Below, piece after piece: positions 31,562 to 41,668 of a stretch of DNA of 64,000 nucleotides. The position numbers and the translations under genes were made by a program. The number at the start of each line of letters is the position of its first letter. Position 1 is the first letter of the stretch. Under the pieces are notes generated by a model. The model searched no databases and was not told the DNA's origin. It worked only from the letters and a program-made list of their open reading frames with translations. The DNA is from Alphaproteobacteria bacterium (GTDB lineage Bacteria > Pseudomonadota > Alphaproteobacteria > UBA6615). The DNA lies in NCBI GenBank assembly GCA_038131445.1, contig JAYPPL010000009.1, forward strand, positions 20,221 through 84,220, read 5' to 3'.

Positions 31562-32254
31562 ATGCGTCCCGACACACTCGAAAGACTCCTGAAGGCCCGG
31601 GAGAGCAAGCAGCCGGTCGCTCTCGTCTCCGAACTGAAGAGCGGCGACCAGATACTGGTCTATCCGGACCGGGCCGAAGGAGATCTAAATCTGAGCGATG
31701 AACAGCTCGTAGCTGTACGCGCCGCCATCCGAGACGACAAGAGCGGGCGCATCGCGTACGACGACGCCGAGTTGTTCGCTAAGATCTTCAATCCACCCAA
31801 GCGGATCATCATCGTCGGTGCGGTACATATCGCCCAGCCGCTCGTAACACTCGCCCAGACCTCGGGCTACGAGGTCGTAATCGTCGATCCGCGAGGCGCA
31901 TTCGCCACCAAGGATCGCTTCCCTGGCGTCACCCTGAGCGAGGACTGGCCGGACGACGCGCTCAAGGCACTGGCCGTCGACAACCGCACCGCAGTCGTCA
32001 CGCTAACCCATGATCCCAAATTAGACGATCCGGCGCTGCACATCGCGCTGCGCTCGGACGCGTTCTATATCGGCTCGCTCGGCAGCCGCCGTACCCACGG
32101 TGCACGCGTGGAACGCCTGACAGAAGAAGGCTATAGCGAGGACGAAATCGCCCGCATCCACGCGCCCATCGGCTTGAACATTAAGGCGAAGAGCCCTGCG
32201 GAGATCGCGATCTCAATAATGGCGCAGATCACTCAGGTCCTGCGTGCCGAATGA
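31562..32254 (+). CDS. XdhC Rossmann-domain protein (C-terminal half of XdhC/CoxF)
   Basis: ATG 31562 preceded by gaggaaatc; RIIIVGAVHIAQPLVTLAQTSGYEVVIVDPR..., XdhC_C Rossmann-like. Confidence 0.65.
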   Translation: MRPDTLERLLKARESKQPVALVSELKSGDQILVYPDRAEGDLNLSDEQLVAVRAAIRDDKSGRIAYDDAELFAKIFNPPKRIIIVGAVHIAQPLVTLAQTSGYEVVIVDPRGAFATKDRFPGVTLSEDWPDDALKALAVDNRTAVVTLTHDPKLDDPALHIALRSDAFYIGSLGSRRTHGARVERLTEEGYSEDEIARIHAPIGLNIKAKSPAEIAISIMAQITQVLRAE

Positions 32255-33900
32255 AGTTTGGGCCCCTTCCCGTCCGCGAAGCGCTCGGTACAACTCTCGT
32301 GCACGGGCAGACGCTTGGTGGCCACCGCTATCGGAAGGGACAGATCCTCGACGCCGGGGATATAGCGCGGCTTGAAGCAGCCGGTGTGGACGATATCACT
32401 GTCGCGCTGTTCGAGGACGGCGACGTTGATGAGAACACTGCCGCGCGCCGTCTGGCAGAAGCTGCCGCGGGGCCCGGCGTTCGCGCCGGTATCGCCGGCA
32501 CCGGGCGCGTCAACCTATTCGCCGAATGGCCCGGGATCACGCTGCTGGATGCGGCCGCCATCGACCGGATCAACGCCATCGACGAGGGAATCACTATCTC
32601 CACATTGCGACCCTACGACCGGGTGGAGAACGATCAGGTCGCCGCGACCGTAAAGATCATCCCGTTCGCCGTCTCCGAGGCCGCACTATCGCGCGCCGAA
32701 GAGCAGGCCAGGAAGGCGCACGGCCTTGTATCTGTACGCAGCTATCGTCCGCGCACGGTCACGGTGATACAGACGGAACTTCCCGGTCTCAAGGACAAGG
32801 TCGTCCACAAGACCGAACAGGTGATCCGCCAGCGCGTCGAGGCGCTGGAAGGTGTTGTCGCCGCGCCACGCCGCACCAGACACAGTGTTGAGGCCTTGTC
32901 AGAAGAAATCACCGATGCAGTCGCCGCGGGTGCCGAACTGATCCTTTTGATCGGCGCATCGGCAACGGTGGACCGGCAGGACGTGATACCTGCTGCCATC
33001 GTTGCGGCGGGAGGGGAGATTGATCATTTCGGTATGCCCGTCGATCCGGGAAACCTAACCGTGCTGGCGCGGCTGGGCGATATACCCGTGCTGGCACTGC
33101 CCGGTTCCGCACGTTCCCCTCGCCCCGGCGGGAACGACATAGTGCTGGAGCGCCTGATGGCCGATATCCCTATCTCAGGCAGAGATATAATGGCCATGGG
33201 TGTCGGCGGGCTTCTGAAGGAAATCCCCTCTCGCCCGATGCCGCGACGCGACGCAGCGCCCCGCCGCGATACAACAGGCACGTCCGGCGGACAATTTGCC
33301 TGCATCGTGCTGGCAGCAGGCCAGTCCCGGCGTATGGGTAAGACCAACAAGCTGCTGATATCGGTCGAAGGGAAACCGATGGCGCAGCATGCGATCGACG
33401 CCGCCCGCGCCGCCGGATGCACCCCTATCGTGGTGGTAACCGGCCACGCGGCGGAAGACGTGCGCTCAGCGCTGAGCCATGATGTCATCTATGTCCACAA
33501 TTCCGATTACGCTGACGGGCTCAGTACGTCCCTGCGCACAGGCATTGCCGGCCTGCCCGAGACCTGTGACGGCGTGATCGTGGCGCTGGGAGACATGCCG
33601 AGGGTGACAGCCGCGCATCTGAAAGCCCTGATGAACGCGCACGAACGCGACGAGGGCCGCCTGATCTGCGTTCCGACATGGAACGGCAAGCGCGGTAATC
33701 CGGTCCTCTGGGACCGCCGGTTCTTCTCGGACATGGCAACGCTAGGCGGCGATGTCGGGGCTAAGCACCTGATCGGCAGCAATGAAGATCTAGTGGTAGA
33801 GGTACATCTCGACGACGACGCCATCCTGATCGATGTGGATTCCCCGCAGGCCCTGCGTGAACTCTCCGAACGCGGCGTGCAGGTCGAGGAGCAGGACTAA
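32251..33900 (+). CDS. Molybdopterin-binding domain / MocA-like nucleotidyltransferase fusion (Moco cytidylyltransferase-type)
   Basis: 549 aa; N-terminal MoCF-biosynthesis-like domain; C-terminal ACIVLAAGQSRRMGKTNKLL...VVVTGHAAEDV...GDMP matches MobA/MocA NTP-transferase. Confidence 0.7.
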   Translation: MKFGPLPVREALGTTLVHGQTLGGHRYRKGQILDAGDIARLEAAGVDDITVALFEDGDVDENTAARRLAEAAAGPGVRAGIAGTGRVNLFAEWPGITLLDAAAIDRINAIDEGITISTLRPYDRVENDQVAATVKIIPFAVSEAALSRAEEQARKAHGLVSVRSYRPRTVTVIQTELPGLKDKVVHKTEQVIRQRVEALEGVVAAPRRTRHSVEALSEEITDAVAAGAELILLIGASATVDRQDVIPAAIVAAGGEIDHFGMPVDPGNLTVLARLGDIPVLALPGSARSPRPGGNDIVLERLMADIPISGRDIMAMGVGGLLKEIPSRPMPRRDAAPRRDTTGTSGGQFACIVLAAGQSRRMGKTNKLLISVEGKPMAQHAIDAARAAGCTPIVVVTGHAAEDVRSALSHDVIYVHNSDYADGLSTSLRTGIAGLPETCDGVIVALGDMPRVTAAHLKALMNAHERDEGRLICVPTWNGKRGNPVLWDRRFFSDMATLGGDVGAKHLIGSNEDLVVEVHLDDDAILIDVDSPQALRELSERGVQVEEQD

Positions 33901-34380
33901 CTCTTCCTGTCGAGAAGAGTTCCGTTCATTTCCCGCGCGACGGACAGTAACGCCAAGTTTGCCTTATCGGCGTTCACTGCGCGGCGCGTCTCCACTAACT
34001 CTTCAGTCAATTTTACCCCGGGCCAGTTTGCAAGCGCGTCGGTACCTGCGCGCGGATTGTTCGCCATGTTGACCCCGATAAACCGGAACGGCTGCCACAC
34101 GCAGCACGCGCGCCGGTTCCATAGCCTGCGCTTTAGTCCCAGGGATTTACCCTTCCGTCAGGCTGCTCGCGAAATTTTCCACGCCTATTCCCAGCGTTTG
34201 TCCGCTGCCCCGGAAGGCTTACATTGCTGTTTGGAGCGGCTGGATTATCCGTCTCCATCGCTTCGACTGTGAGACCGACACAGCGCGATTTCGACTCCAA
34301 TGAACGACATTTTTTCGTACGTTTTTCATAACTCTCCGGACCCCTATCGGTACCTCATATTCAAAAGGCCGGTCGTCTCC

Positions 34381-34417
34381 ACAAAGAAAAACCCGCCGTG
34401 CTACTCACGCGGCGGGC
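34381..34417 (-). terminator. Rho-independent terminator downstream of the TPR gene
   Basis: On the minus strand: GCCCGCCGCG-loop-CGGCGGG stem followed by TTTTTCTTTGT. Confidence 0.55.
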
Positions 34418-34443
34418 TCTCCATGAATTTCTGTTGGAACGGC

Positions 34444-34926
34444 TTACCAGGTTGCCTTGCTGGTTTGCCCACCCGATGCGAAGGCGCGCTTGAGGTCATC
34501 AAGCTCCTCGCAGCCCGAAGGGCATAGCTTCTCGAGTTTCGCCAGCTGCTGCTTGGCCAGCTCCTTGCGGTCGGTCTCAAGATAAAGCTCGCCGGAATAC
34601 TCCAGCGCACCCTTGTGGTCCGGATTGAGCCGCAGGGCGCGCTTGTAATTCCGTTCCGCGCTCTCATAGTCTTTCGACTTGCGGTAGCTGAATCCGAGCA
34701 GGTTATAGGCATCCGCCTCGCGCGGATTGGTATCGACGATATCTTTCAGCACATTGATGGCACCGTCATAGTTTTCTGCACGGATCAAACCTTCCGCTTT
34801 CGCGAGCTGGGTCTTCACCTGCGCAGGGGTGAGTTCTGTAGTGGTCGAGGTGCCGGCGGCAAAGGCGCCGCCGGAACCAAAGGCTAGAAAGGACGCGACG
34901 ATAGCCGTCGCAATGCTTCCACGCAT
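34444..34926 (-). CDS. Secreted tetratricopeptide-repeat protein
   Basis: Start taken at MRGSIATAIVASFLAFGSGGAFA (signal peptide); TPR-like repeats (ADAYNLLGFSYRKSKDYESAERNYKRALRLNPDHKGALEYSGELY); C-terminal CPSGCEEL. Confidence 0.6.
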   Translation of the reverse strand: MRGSIATAIVASFLAFGSGGAFAAGTSTTTELTPAQVKTQLAKAEGLIRAENYDGAINVLKDIVDTNPREADAYNLLGFSYRKSKDYESAERNYKRALRLNPDHKGALEYSGELYLETDRKELAKQQLAKLEKLCPSGCEELDDLKRAFASGGQTSKATW

Positions 34927-35071
34927 GTCAATTCGTCTCCGGTCATTGGCCAGGGGCCACTCGACGCCCCTATTCACTTTTTCAGAAGGCACCTAGAATC
35001 ACTCTTCAGTGCCTGAAGGTCATGCTACCGTTCTTTTCGAGGTAGGGACAAACACAAGCCGTTCAATACTA

Positions 35072-36844
35072 ATGGCATCCACCGAGCAGCCGGTTTCGCA
35101 AAAATCCTTGAGAACCGCAGGAAATATTCGCATTCGCGTCACCAAACGGGGGCTTCGGCTGGGCACCGGCCTTGTGCTGTTTGCCTTTGTCTTCGCGCAT
35201 CTGCTGAACCACGCGCTAGGCTTGATTTCTCTGGACGCACTGGAGGCAGGACACCGCGTCTTCGAAATCGTCTGGCAAAACCCCGTTGCAAACCTGCTGG
35301 TCCTAACCTCGATCGTCATCCACATGAGCCTCGCACTGCTCGCGGTCTATGAACGTCGCCGGCTCAAGATGAATATCGGTGAGGTCGCACAGCTCTTGCT
35401 GGGCTTCGCGGCCCCCGCCCTACTTGTCAGCCACATTCTGGGCACACGCATCGCGGAAGAACTCTACGACACCACGGGCGGCTATCCCTATGTGCTGCTG
35501 GCCCTTTGGGTGGACGCCCCATTGCACGGTGTACGTCAGTCCGCCGCCACCCTCGTGGTCTGGGTCCACGCATGTATAGGGCTCTACTACTGGCTGCGGC
35601 TGAAGCCGTGGTTCAACCGGGCCATGCCGTGGCTCTATGGCACCGCCCTGCTTCTACCCGTCCTTTCCCTTCTCGGTTTTGTGATTGCCGGTCGTTCGGT
35701 CTCGCGGCTGGTCCACGCCGATCCGGGATCCCGGGTGGATATAGCCATCAACGCCAGCGCGCCAGTCTCCGAACAAATCGCCTTCCTAAACCGTCTGGAG
35801 GAATGGACACTTATCGGGCTCGCCACGGCAATTGTCCTTACCCTGATTGCGCGCAGCATTCGCCTCCACCTCGAACAACGCGCAGGCATGATCCGCATCA
35901 CCTATCCTGAAGGACGCTCGGTGACAGTGGCGCCCGGCACAACAATCCTTGAGACGAGCCAGTTCCATGACGTACCCCACGCCGGCGTGTGCGGCGGACG
36001 CGGGCGCTGCTCCACCTGCCGTGTACGGATAAACGGTTCGCTGGACAACCTGCCGCTGCCTGACGAGTCAGAGACCAAGGTTCTGCGCCGGGTCGGTGCG
36101 GCGCCCGATGTGCGGTTGGCCTGCCAGGTCCGCCCGGTCGAGGATATTTCCGTCACGCCGCTCCTGCCGCCAAATGCAAGTCCGCGCGACGGCTTCGCCA
36201 AATCGGCGGCAATGCAGGGCCAGGAGCAGGAAATCACCATCCTGTTCGCAGACATCCGTGGATTTACGACGTTCTCGGAGCAGAAGCTGCCCTATGACGT
36301 CGTCTTCATGCTCAACCGGTACTTTCGCTCCATGGGTGAGGCCATCGAGCAAACGGGTGGGCGCGTGGACAAGTTCATCGGCGACGGCATCATGGCGCTA
36401 TTCGGGATCGATGGAAATTCACGCGACGGCGCGCGGGCCGGACTGGCCGCCGCCATCAAGATGTCCGAGCATCTTGACGACCTCAACGCGCTACTGAAGG
36501 CTGACCTTCCGCAGCCGCTGCGGATCGGCATAGGCGTTCATACTGGCCCGGCTATTGTCGGCGAGATGGGTTACGGCCCGGCCATCTCCGTGACGGCCAT
36601 TGGCGACACGGTCAACACGGCAAGCCGCCTAGAGGCTAAGACCAAGGATTTTGGCGCGCAGCTGATCGTATCTCAGCACCTCGCAGACCTCGCGCAGATC
36701 GACACAGGCGCGTTTCGCCACGAGCAGATCGAGTTGCGCGGAAAGCGCGAACCTATGGCGATCTTGGTGTGCGATGATGCCAAGACGCTACAGGCTCAGA
36801 TGGGAAATGCCGCAGCGGGAAAAGCGGTGCAGGCCGCGAACTAA
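35072..36844 (+). CDS. Membrane-anchored class III adenylate/guanylate cyclase with internal plant-type 2Fe-2S ferredoxin domain
   Basis: N-terminal ~5-6 TM helices rich in conserved His; CGGRGRCSTCRVRI...LACQVRP ferredoxin module; C-terminal cyclase (ITILFADIRGFTTFSE...DKFIGDGIMALFG...GVHTGPAIVGEMG). Confidence 0.75.
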   Translation: MASTEQPVSQKSLRTAGNIRIRVTKRGLRLGTGLVLFAFVFAHLLNHALGLISLDALEAGHRVFEIVWQNPVANLLVLTSIVIHMSLALLAVYERRRLKMNIGEVAQLLLGFAAPALLVSHILGTRIAEELYDTTGGYPYVLLALWVDAPLHGVRQSAATLVVWVHACIGLYYWLRLKPWFNRAMPWLYGTALLLPVLSLLGFVIAGRSVSRLVHADPGSRVDIAINASAPVSEQIAFLNRLEEWTLIGLATAIVLTLIARSIRLHLEQRAGMIRITYPEGRSVTVAPGTTILETSQFHDVPHAGVCGGRGRCSTCRVRINGSLDNLPLPDESETKVLRRVGAAPDVRLACQVRPVEDISVTPLLPPNASPRDGFAKSAAMQGQEQEITILFADIRGFTTFSEQKLPYDVVFMLNRYFRSMGEAIEQTGGRVDKFIGDGIMALFGIDGNSRDGARAGLAAAIKMSEHLDDLNALLKADLPQPLRIGIGVHTGPAIVGEMGYGPAISVTAIGDTVNTASRLEAKTKDFGAQLIVSQHLADLAQIDTGAFRHEQIELRGKREPMAILVCDDAKTLQAQMGNAAAGKAVQAAN

Positions 36845-37129
36845 ATTTAAGCCGCACGGTCGGCGGAATCGCGTTTGTGTTGGCGGCAAAGCCCACATTC
36901 TCATCGGACCTGAAACCGAAGTAGGCGTGCAGACCAGCCTCGACAGGGCGGGCCACTTGTAAAACAGGGAAAACTTCGCAGCCGGGGGATCTGGGGGCGC
37001 GGTTTCTGTCTCTTCGTTCTTGGGCCTGTGCGCCACCGATCATATCTCCGCTGCGTTTCCCTTCGAATAAGCACGCACGTTGAAATGAAGCGGTATCACA
37101 TAATATTTTGGCACTTTATACTGCGCGTC

Positions 37130-37927
37130 TCAGACACCCCGATGCGCCAGACCACCGTCAATACTCGTTGCCGTGCCCGTGATATAGGACGCCGGCTCTC
37201 CCGCCAAGAACACGGCCAAAGACGCAAATTCATCCGGACGGCCGATACGTCCCATGGGGATCGCAGCCGCCATTTCCGCTGCAACAACCTCAGGCTCGGC
37301 GCCGCGCTGTTCGGCGTTCGCCTGAACCAAAGAGCGAATGCGGTCGGTCTCGATGCGGCCCGGCATCAGTGCATTGATTGTGACCCCATCCGGTGCGACT
37401 TCAAGGGACAAGGTCTTGGCCCAGTTGGTCAGCGCGATCCGCAAGGCGTTCGAAATACCGAGCTGCGCGATCGGCTCGATCACCCCTATGGAGGTTACAA
37501 GCAGCACCCTCCCCCAGCCCTGCTCACGCATACCCGGCAAAAGATGGCCCGTGAGCCGCGTGACCGAGATAAACATGGATTCGAAGTATTGCCGCCACGT
37601 GTCGGAATCGACCTCGCTGACCGCGCCAAAGGGCGGGCCACCGGTGTTGTTCACGAGGATATCGATCCCTCTCAGATGGTCATCGCAAAACTCCGCGAGC
37701 GCATCCACCGCCGCCATTTCACCCATGTCGCAGGCGGTGCCGAACGCCTCGACGCCGTACTCATTCGCAATCTCCCGCGCGGCTTGAGCACAGGCATTAC
37801 CATTGCGGCTGGCGACAACCACTCGCACGCCCTCCGCGGCCAGTCCTTCGGCAATCGCTCGACCGATCCCCTTGCTGGCTCCGGTGACGAGTGCGCGCTT
37901 GCCTGCCAGACCGAGATCCATTCCCAC
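37130..37927 (-). CDS. SDR-family oxidoreductase
   Basis: 265 aa; TGASKGIGRAIA, NNTGG, catalytic YxxxK region; intact. Confidence 0.8.
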   Translation of the reverse strand: MGMDLGLAGKRALVTGASKGIGRAIAEGLAAEGVRVVVASRNGNACAQAAREIANEYGVEAFGTACDMGEMAAVDALAEFCDDHLRGIDILVNNTGGPPFGAVSEVDSDTWRQYFESMFISVTRLTGHLLPGMREQGWGRVLLVTSIGVIEPIAQLGISNALRIALTNWAKTLSLEVAPDGVTINALMPGRIETDRIRSLVQANAEQRGAEPEVVAAEMAAAIPMGRIGRPDEFASLAVFLAGEPASYITGTATSIDGGLAHRGV

Positions 37928-37929
37928 CC

Positions 37930-38982
37930 TCAGGAAGCGTTTTCGGTATCGGCCAAGACGTCTTCGACCGGCTTGGTCATGTTCGAGAACAGCGCACTGG
38001 GGATCCAGTACACCCAGTCAGCAACCCGTTTATTGATGGCCTGTGCGGCCGCGCGCGCGGCCCTGGCAGCGTCAGACTGGTCCTTAGGATCGCCCTCATA
38101 GGAGGCCTCGAACACTGCCCAGCGCTTCTTGTCGATCTCCGCCATGCGCATGCGCACCACCAGACTATCGAACGTCTGGACCTCGGCCACCTGCGCACCG
38201 GCGGGCAGTTCCAGGTCCTTATGCGGCTTCACATCTTCTAGTTCCAAATTGGCAAGCGCCCGGCTGACCGGCCGAACCTTGTCAGGGTCGACCTTACGGC
38301 CTTCCGAAGCGCCCTCGACCGCGAATGCGTCCTCCGGCTTCTCCCGTATCAGGGAATAGGCCCCCTCGCCTTCACCGATGGCGATGCGCGCGACTGAATC
38401 CGCCGGCACGCTGACGATGGTACGCGCCAGCCATGGCACCAACCGCGTCTGGACATTGGTCACGCCCGTGACCAGCCACACGTCGTTCGTACCGGGAAAG
38501 CGAATGTAGGTACCGCTTGACCGGCCTTCGAAAAAACGTGCGCTGGGGCGGCCAACGATCAGGTCGGCTAGCACGCCCCCATCCGATCTGGCGACGGTGA
38601 CATGGGCGGAATCGGCGAATTCCTCTGTGATATCTTGGACTTCCAGTCGATGGAAACGCGCGGGATTGGCGGTCTTCCGCTCGACGAAGCGCATATCTGC
38701 GAGACCTGAGACAAGGCGGCGCACATCGCTGCCCTGCACCGGATAGCCATAGCGCTCCGGCGAAATCCAGTCGTCACCCTCACGCACGAGGTTGACCGCT
38801 CCGAAGCGGCTCTCGATCACCACACGGGCCGCTGCATCCGGGTTCGCGCGCAACTCGGCAAACACCGCATCACGCTTGACCAGATCGAAGGTGGAGGTCT
38901 CCCGACCAAGGCCAATGACGACGGCCAGGACGACGGTCACGACCGTGACGACCAGCCAGCCGAGGAATATGCGTGGGCTCAT
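37930..38982 (-). CDS. DUF4340-domain protein (GldG-associated)
   Basis: Start taken at MSPRIFLGWLVVTVVTVVLAVVIG (N-terminal TM); lies directly downstream of the GldG-like gene, as DUF4340 proteins typically do. Confidence 0.55.
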   Translation of the reverse strand: MSPRIFLGWLVVTVVTVVLAVVIGLGRETSTFDLVKRDAVFAELRANPDAAARVVIESRFGAVNLVREGDDWISPERYGYPVQGSDVRRLVSGLADMRFVERKTANPARFHRLEVQDITEEFADSAHVTVARSDGGVLADLIVGRPSARFFEGRSSGTYIRFPGTNDVWLVTGVTNVQTRLVPWLARTIVSVPADSVARIAIGEGEGAYSLIREKPEDAFAVEGASEGRKVDPDKVRPVSRALANLELEDVKPHKDLELPAGAQVAEVQTFDSLVVRMRMAEIDKKRWAVFEASYEGDPKDQSDAARAARAAAQAINKRVADWVYWIPSALFSNMTKPVEDVLADTENAS

Positions 38983-38995
38983 CGTTTCATCCCCC

Positions 38996-40930
38996 CTAGT
39001 GCAGCACGGTGCGGTGGTAGCGTGCACGCCGGACCCGGCGAACGATCGCCAGCACGACCGCAAGAAACGCAACCAACACGGATACCGCCCAAATGTTGAC
39101 GAGGCGCACCTCGCGTTCGAGCGTTTCCACGTTCTTGCGCAAGGACAATTGCACGTCCCGTAACTCGCGGCGCAGGTCGAGCATCTCGATACGGAAATTG
39201 TCGATTTCCTGCTGCTGCTTGGATGTCAGCAGAACACCCGTGGACTGTTCCTCGCGCTGGAGCTTCTCGATGGTCTGTTCCATCTCCGCAATACGGCCGA
39301 GTAGTTCTTGCTCCTTCGCGCGGAACTTGTTGTCTGCCTCGGCGCGCATCTCGTCGATCACAGTGAACGGCCGGATCGTCAGACCGCGCCCGCGCAGCGA
39401 CACCAGACCCTGATTGCCACGTACATTGTCGATGGAGTTGATAAAGAAGTCCGCGTTGTTGGCCGTCGGAACGGCGACACGCTCCCCGGCCACGTCACGG
39501 ACCTGCGCCCAGTTCTGGTCGGCGAGCATATCAACATCACCGATCAGGATGATGTTAGCGGGCGTACCGGCTTCCTTGCGGTGCGCCGAAGTCAATGCTT
39601 CGCGCGCTGTATCATCGGCCTGCGCCTCGAGCACCTTCTCGGGCGGACCATCGGGGAAAGCCGAGGATACCGGCCCTGTCAGGCGGGCAGCCAAGGTATA
39701 GACGGTATCCTGGGATTCGAACTTGTCGCGCAGCGCAATCGGGTTAGGCTGCTGGGAGACGCCGAACGCACTCATCAGGTCCGAATTGGGCGAGGTGAAT
39801 ACCAAAGGCTCCAGAGTTGATTTAGCCCCCTTCTTCGCCGTGAACGTACCGGCAGAACTCACTACCAGTCGCTGGAGCTGGGTCGTCAGCGTATCTTCCT
39901 TGGCAAAGCGTCTGCCCTGCATATCGAGCCAGGCCACGTAGTCCACCACCACCTGCCGGCCCGTTTCCGGATTGGGGAAACCGACGCGGATGGCGTCGTC
40001 CAGGTTCGCTACGAACTCGCCGCGCGGCACCTCCACGCCCCAGGCGTTCAGCAGAGGTTCGATCGCAGCCTGCCCGACCCCCGGCGGCGGCAACTGCCCT
40101 GCGGCCGGCCCCGCCAGTGCATAGGATTCCGCATAAGGGTCGGCAAACGCCACGACGCGACCGCCGTTCATAACGAACTGGTCCATGTCGTAGAGTAGCG
40201 CGTCCTTGATCGAATGGGCGGCGGCGATGACCAGTACCGCCGTGTCTTCCGGCAGTTCGGTCGCGTCCCGGTCGAGCACGCGCACATCGAAGAACTGCTG
40301 CAAACCGTCGAGGACAAGCCAGGGTGTGAAGTTGTCGAACTGGGTACCCTGCAACGGAAGATCACTGACCAGCGCGACCACGGGCTTTTCCGGATCAGCC
40401 AGGTTCGAGATCATCCGCGTCAGATCGTATTCCAGAAACGGGCTGCGGTCGGGCGCGAGATACCCGATCGCATCCACGTCGTCGGTGGAATTGGTACCCG
40501 CAATGCCGAAATAGACCCTCGCGCCCGACTGGTCGAAGGGTAGCCCCTGCAACCCGTCGCTCACCGCCAAGTCTTCTTCCGGAGAGAAAGGCTGCGGGTC
40601 GAAATACTCGATGCGAACCTTCCCGCCCGACAGACGTTCATACTCGTCCAGCAGCTCGCGTACCCGGTCAGCATGGCGCGCGATATCCGGGCCGATCTCG
40701 TCGAACTTCTCGGAGTAATACAGGCGCAGGTCGATCGGCTCATCCAGCGAGGCCAGCACCTCGCGGGTCCCGTCGGACAGGGTGAACAGCCGATCCTCGG
40801 TCAGATCGAGGCGCGTGCCGGTAAACAGGGCGTTCACCAGCGCGTTGAACGCCAGGAAGAAGACAATCGCCAGCGCAATCGAGCCCCAGGCGAGCGCCGC
40901 ACGGTCGGCGTTACGGATCTTGGCCCACAT
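38996..40930 (-). CDS. GldG-family ABC-transporter auxiliary protein
   Basis: 644 aa; N- and C-terminal TM helices, large periplasmic region, C-terminal coiled-coil; GldG-like N-term LDLTEDRLFTLSDGTREVLASL. Confidence 0.7.
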   Translation of the reverse strand: MWAKIRNADRAALAWGSIALAIVFFLAFNALVNALFTGTRLDLTEDRLFTLSDGTREVLASLDEPIDLRLYYSEKFDEIGPDIARHADRVRELLDEYERLSGGKVRIEYFDPQPFSPEEDLAVSDGLQGLPFDQSGARVYFGIAGTNSTDDVDAIGYLAPDRSPFLEYDLTRMISNLADPEKPVVALVSDLPLQGTQFDNFTPWLVLDGLQQFFDVRVLDRDATELPEDTAVLVIAAAHSIKDALLYDMDQFVMNGGRVVAFADPYAESYALAGPAAGQLPPPGVGQAAIEPLLNAWGVEVPRGEFVANLDDAIRVGFPNPETGRQVVVDYVAWLDMQGRRFAKEDTLTTQLQRLVVSSAGTFTAKKGAKSTLEPLVFTSPNSDLMSAFGVSQQPNPIALRDKFESQDTVYTLAARLTGPVSSAFPDGPPEKVLEAQADDTAREALTSAHRKEAGTPANIILIGDVDMLADQNWAQVRDVAGERVAVPTANNADFFINSIDNVRGNQGLVSLRGRGLTIRPFTVIDEMRAEADNKFRAKEQELLGRIAEMEQTIEKLQREEQSTGVLLTSKQQQEIDNFRIEMLDLRRELRDVQLSLRKNVETLEREVRLVNIWAVSVLVAFLAVVLAIVRRVRRARYHRTVLH

Positions 40931-40933
40931 AGC

Positions 40934-41668
40934 TCAGACCCCCTTCTTCGCTTCGACGATCGCGGTATTCACGAAAAGCGCAACGCCGATCACCGACAGA
41001 AAGAACACGATGTCGCGGATGTCGATCACCCCGCGAGCGATCTCGGTGAAATTGGTCAGGAAACTCATTTCCGCAATGGCCTCGACAAAGGTCGGGGGCG
41101 TCCAGGCGCGGAAGAAGGACTGAATAATCTCCACCCCGCTCATCATGAATATGAAGCAGACGGCGGATGCCAGCACAAAGGCAATCACCTGGTTCTTGGT
41201 GAGCGCCGACACGCAGGAACTCAACGCCAGGAACCCGCCCGCGACCAGCCAGCTTCCGATATAGGCAGCGAGGATGATCCCATTGTCGGGATTGCCAAGA
41301 TAATTGACGGTCAGCCACATCGGGAACGTCAGCGCCAGTGCGATGCCCGCGAAGATCCAGGCCGCGAGAAACTTGCTAATCACGATCTCGCCCGTAGTCA
41401 CGGGTAGCGTCAGCAGGAACTCGATCGTGCCGGACTTACGTTCCTCGGCCCAAAGTCGCATACCCACCGCCGGTATCAGGAACAAGTAGAGGTATGGATG
41501 ATAGATGAAGAAGACCTGCAAATCGGCTTGTCCCCGGTCGAGCCAGCCGCCAAAGAAGAAGGTCAAGCCGCCAGCGAGTGCCAGAAAGATCACGATGAAT
41601 ACGTAGGCCAGCGGTGAGGTGAAATACGCCGCGAGCTCGCGTTTGAAGACAATCCAGATGTTATGCAT
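40934..41668 (-). CDS. ABC-2 family permease (GldF-like)
   Basis: 244 aa, 6 TM; overlaps the ATPase gene by 8 nt. Confidence 0.7.
   Translation of the reverse strand: MHNIWIVFKRELAAYFTSPLAYVFIVIFLALAGGLTFFFGGWLDRGQADLQVFFIYHPYLYLFLIPAVGMRLWAEERKSGTIEFLLTLPVTTGEIVISKFLAAWIFAGIALALTFPMWLTVNYLGNPDNGIILAAYIGSWLVAGGFLALSSCVSALTKNQVIAFVLASAVCFIFMMSGVEIIQSFFRAWTPPTFVEAIAEMSFLTNFTEIARGVIDIRDIVFFLSVIGVALFVNTAIVEAKKGV

Noticed and set aside
33897-34100. 67-aa minus-strand ORF overlapping the end of the MocA-fusion gene
   Set aside because: Lies downstream of the TPR gene terminator and overlaps a well-supported gene; no motifs. Could be a real small protein but unsupported.
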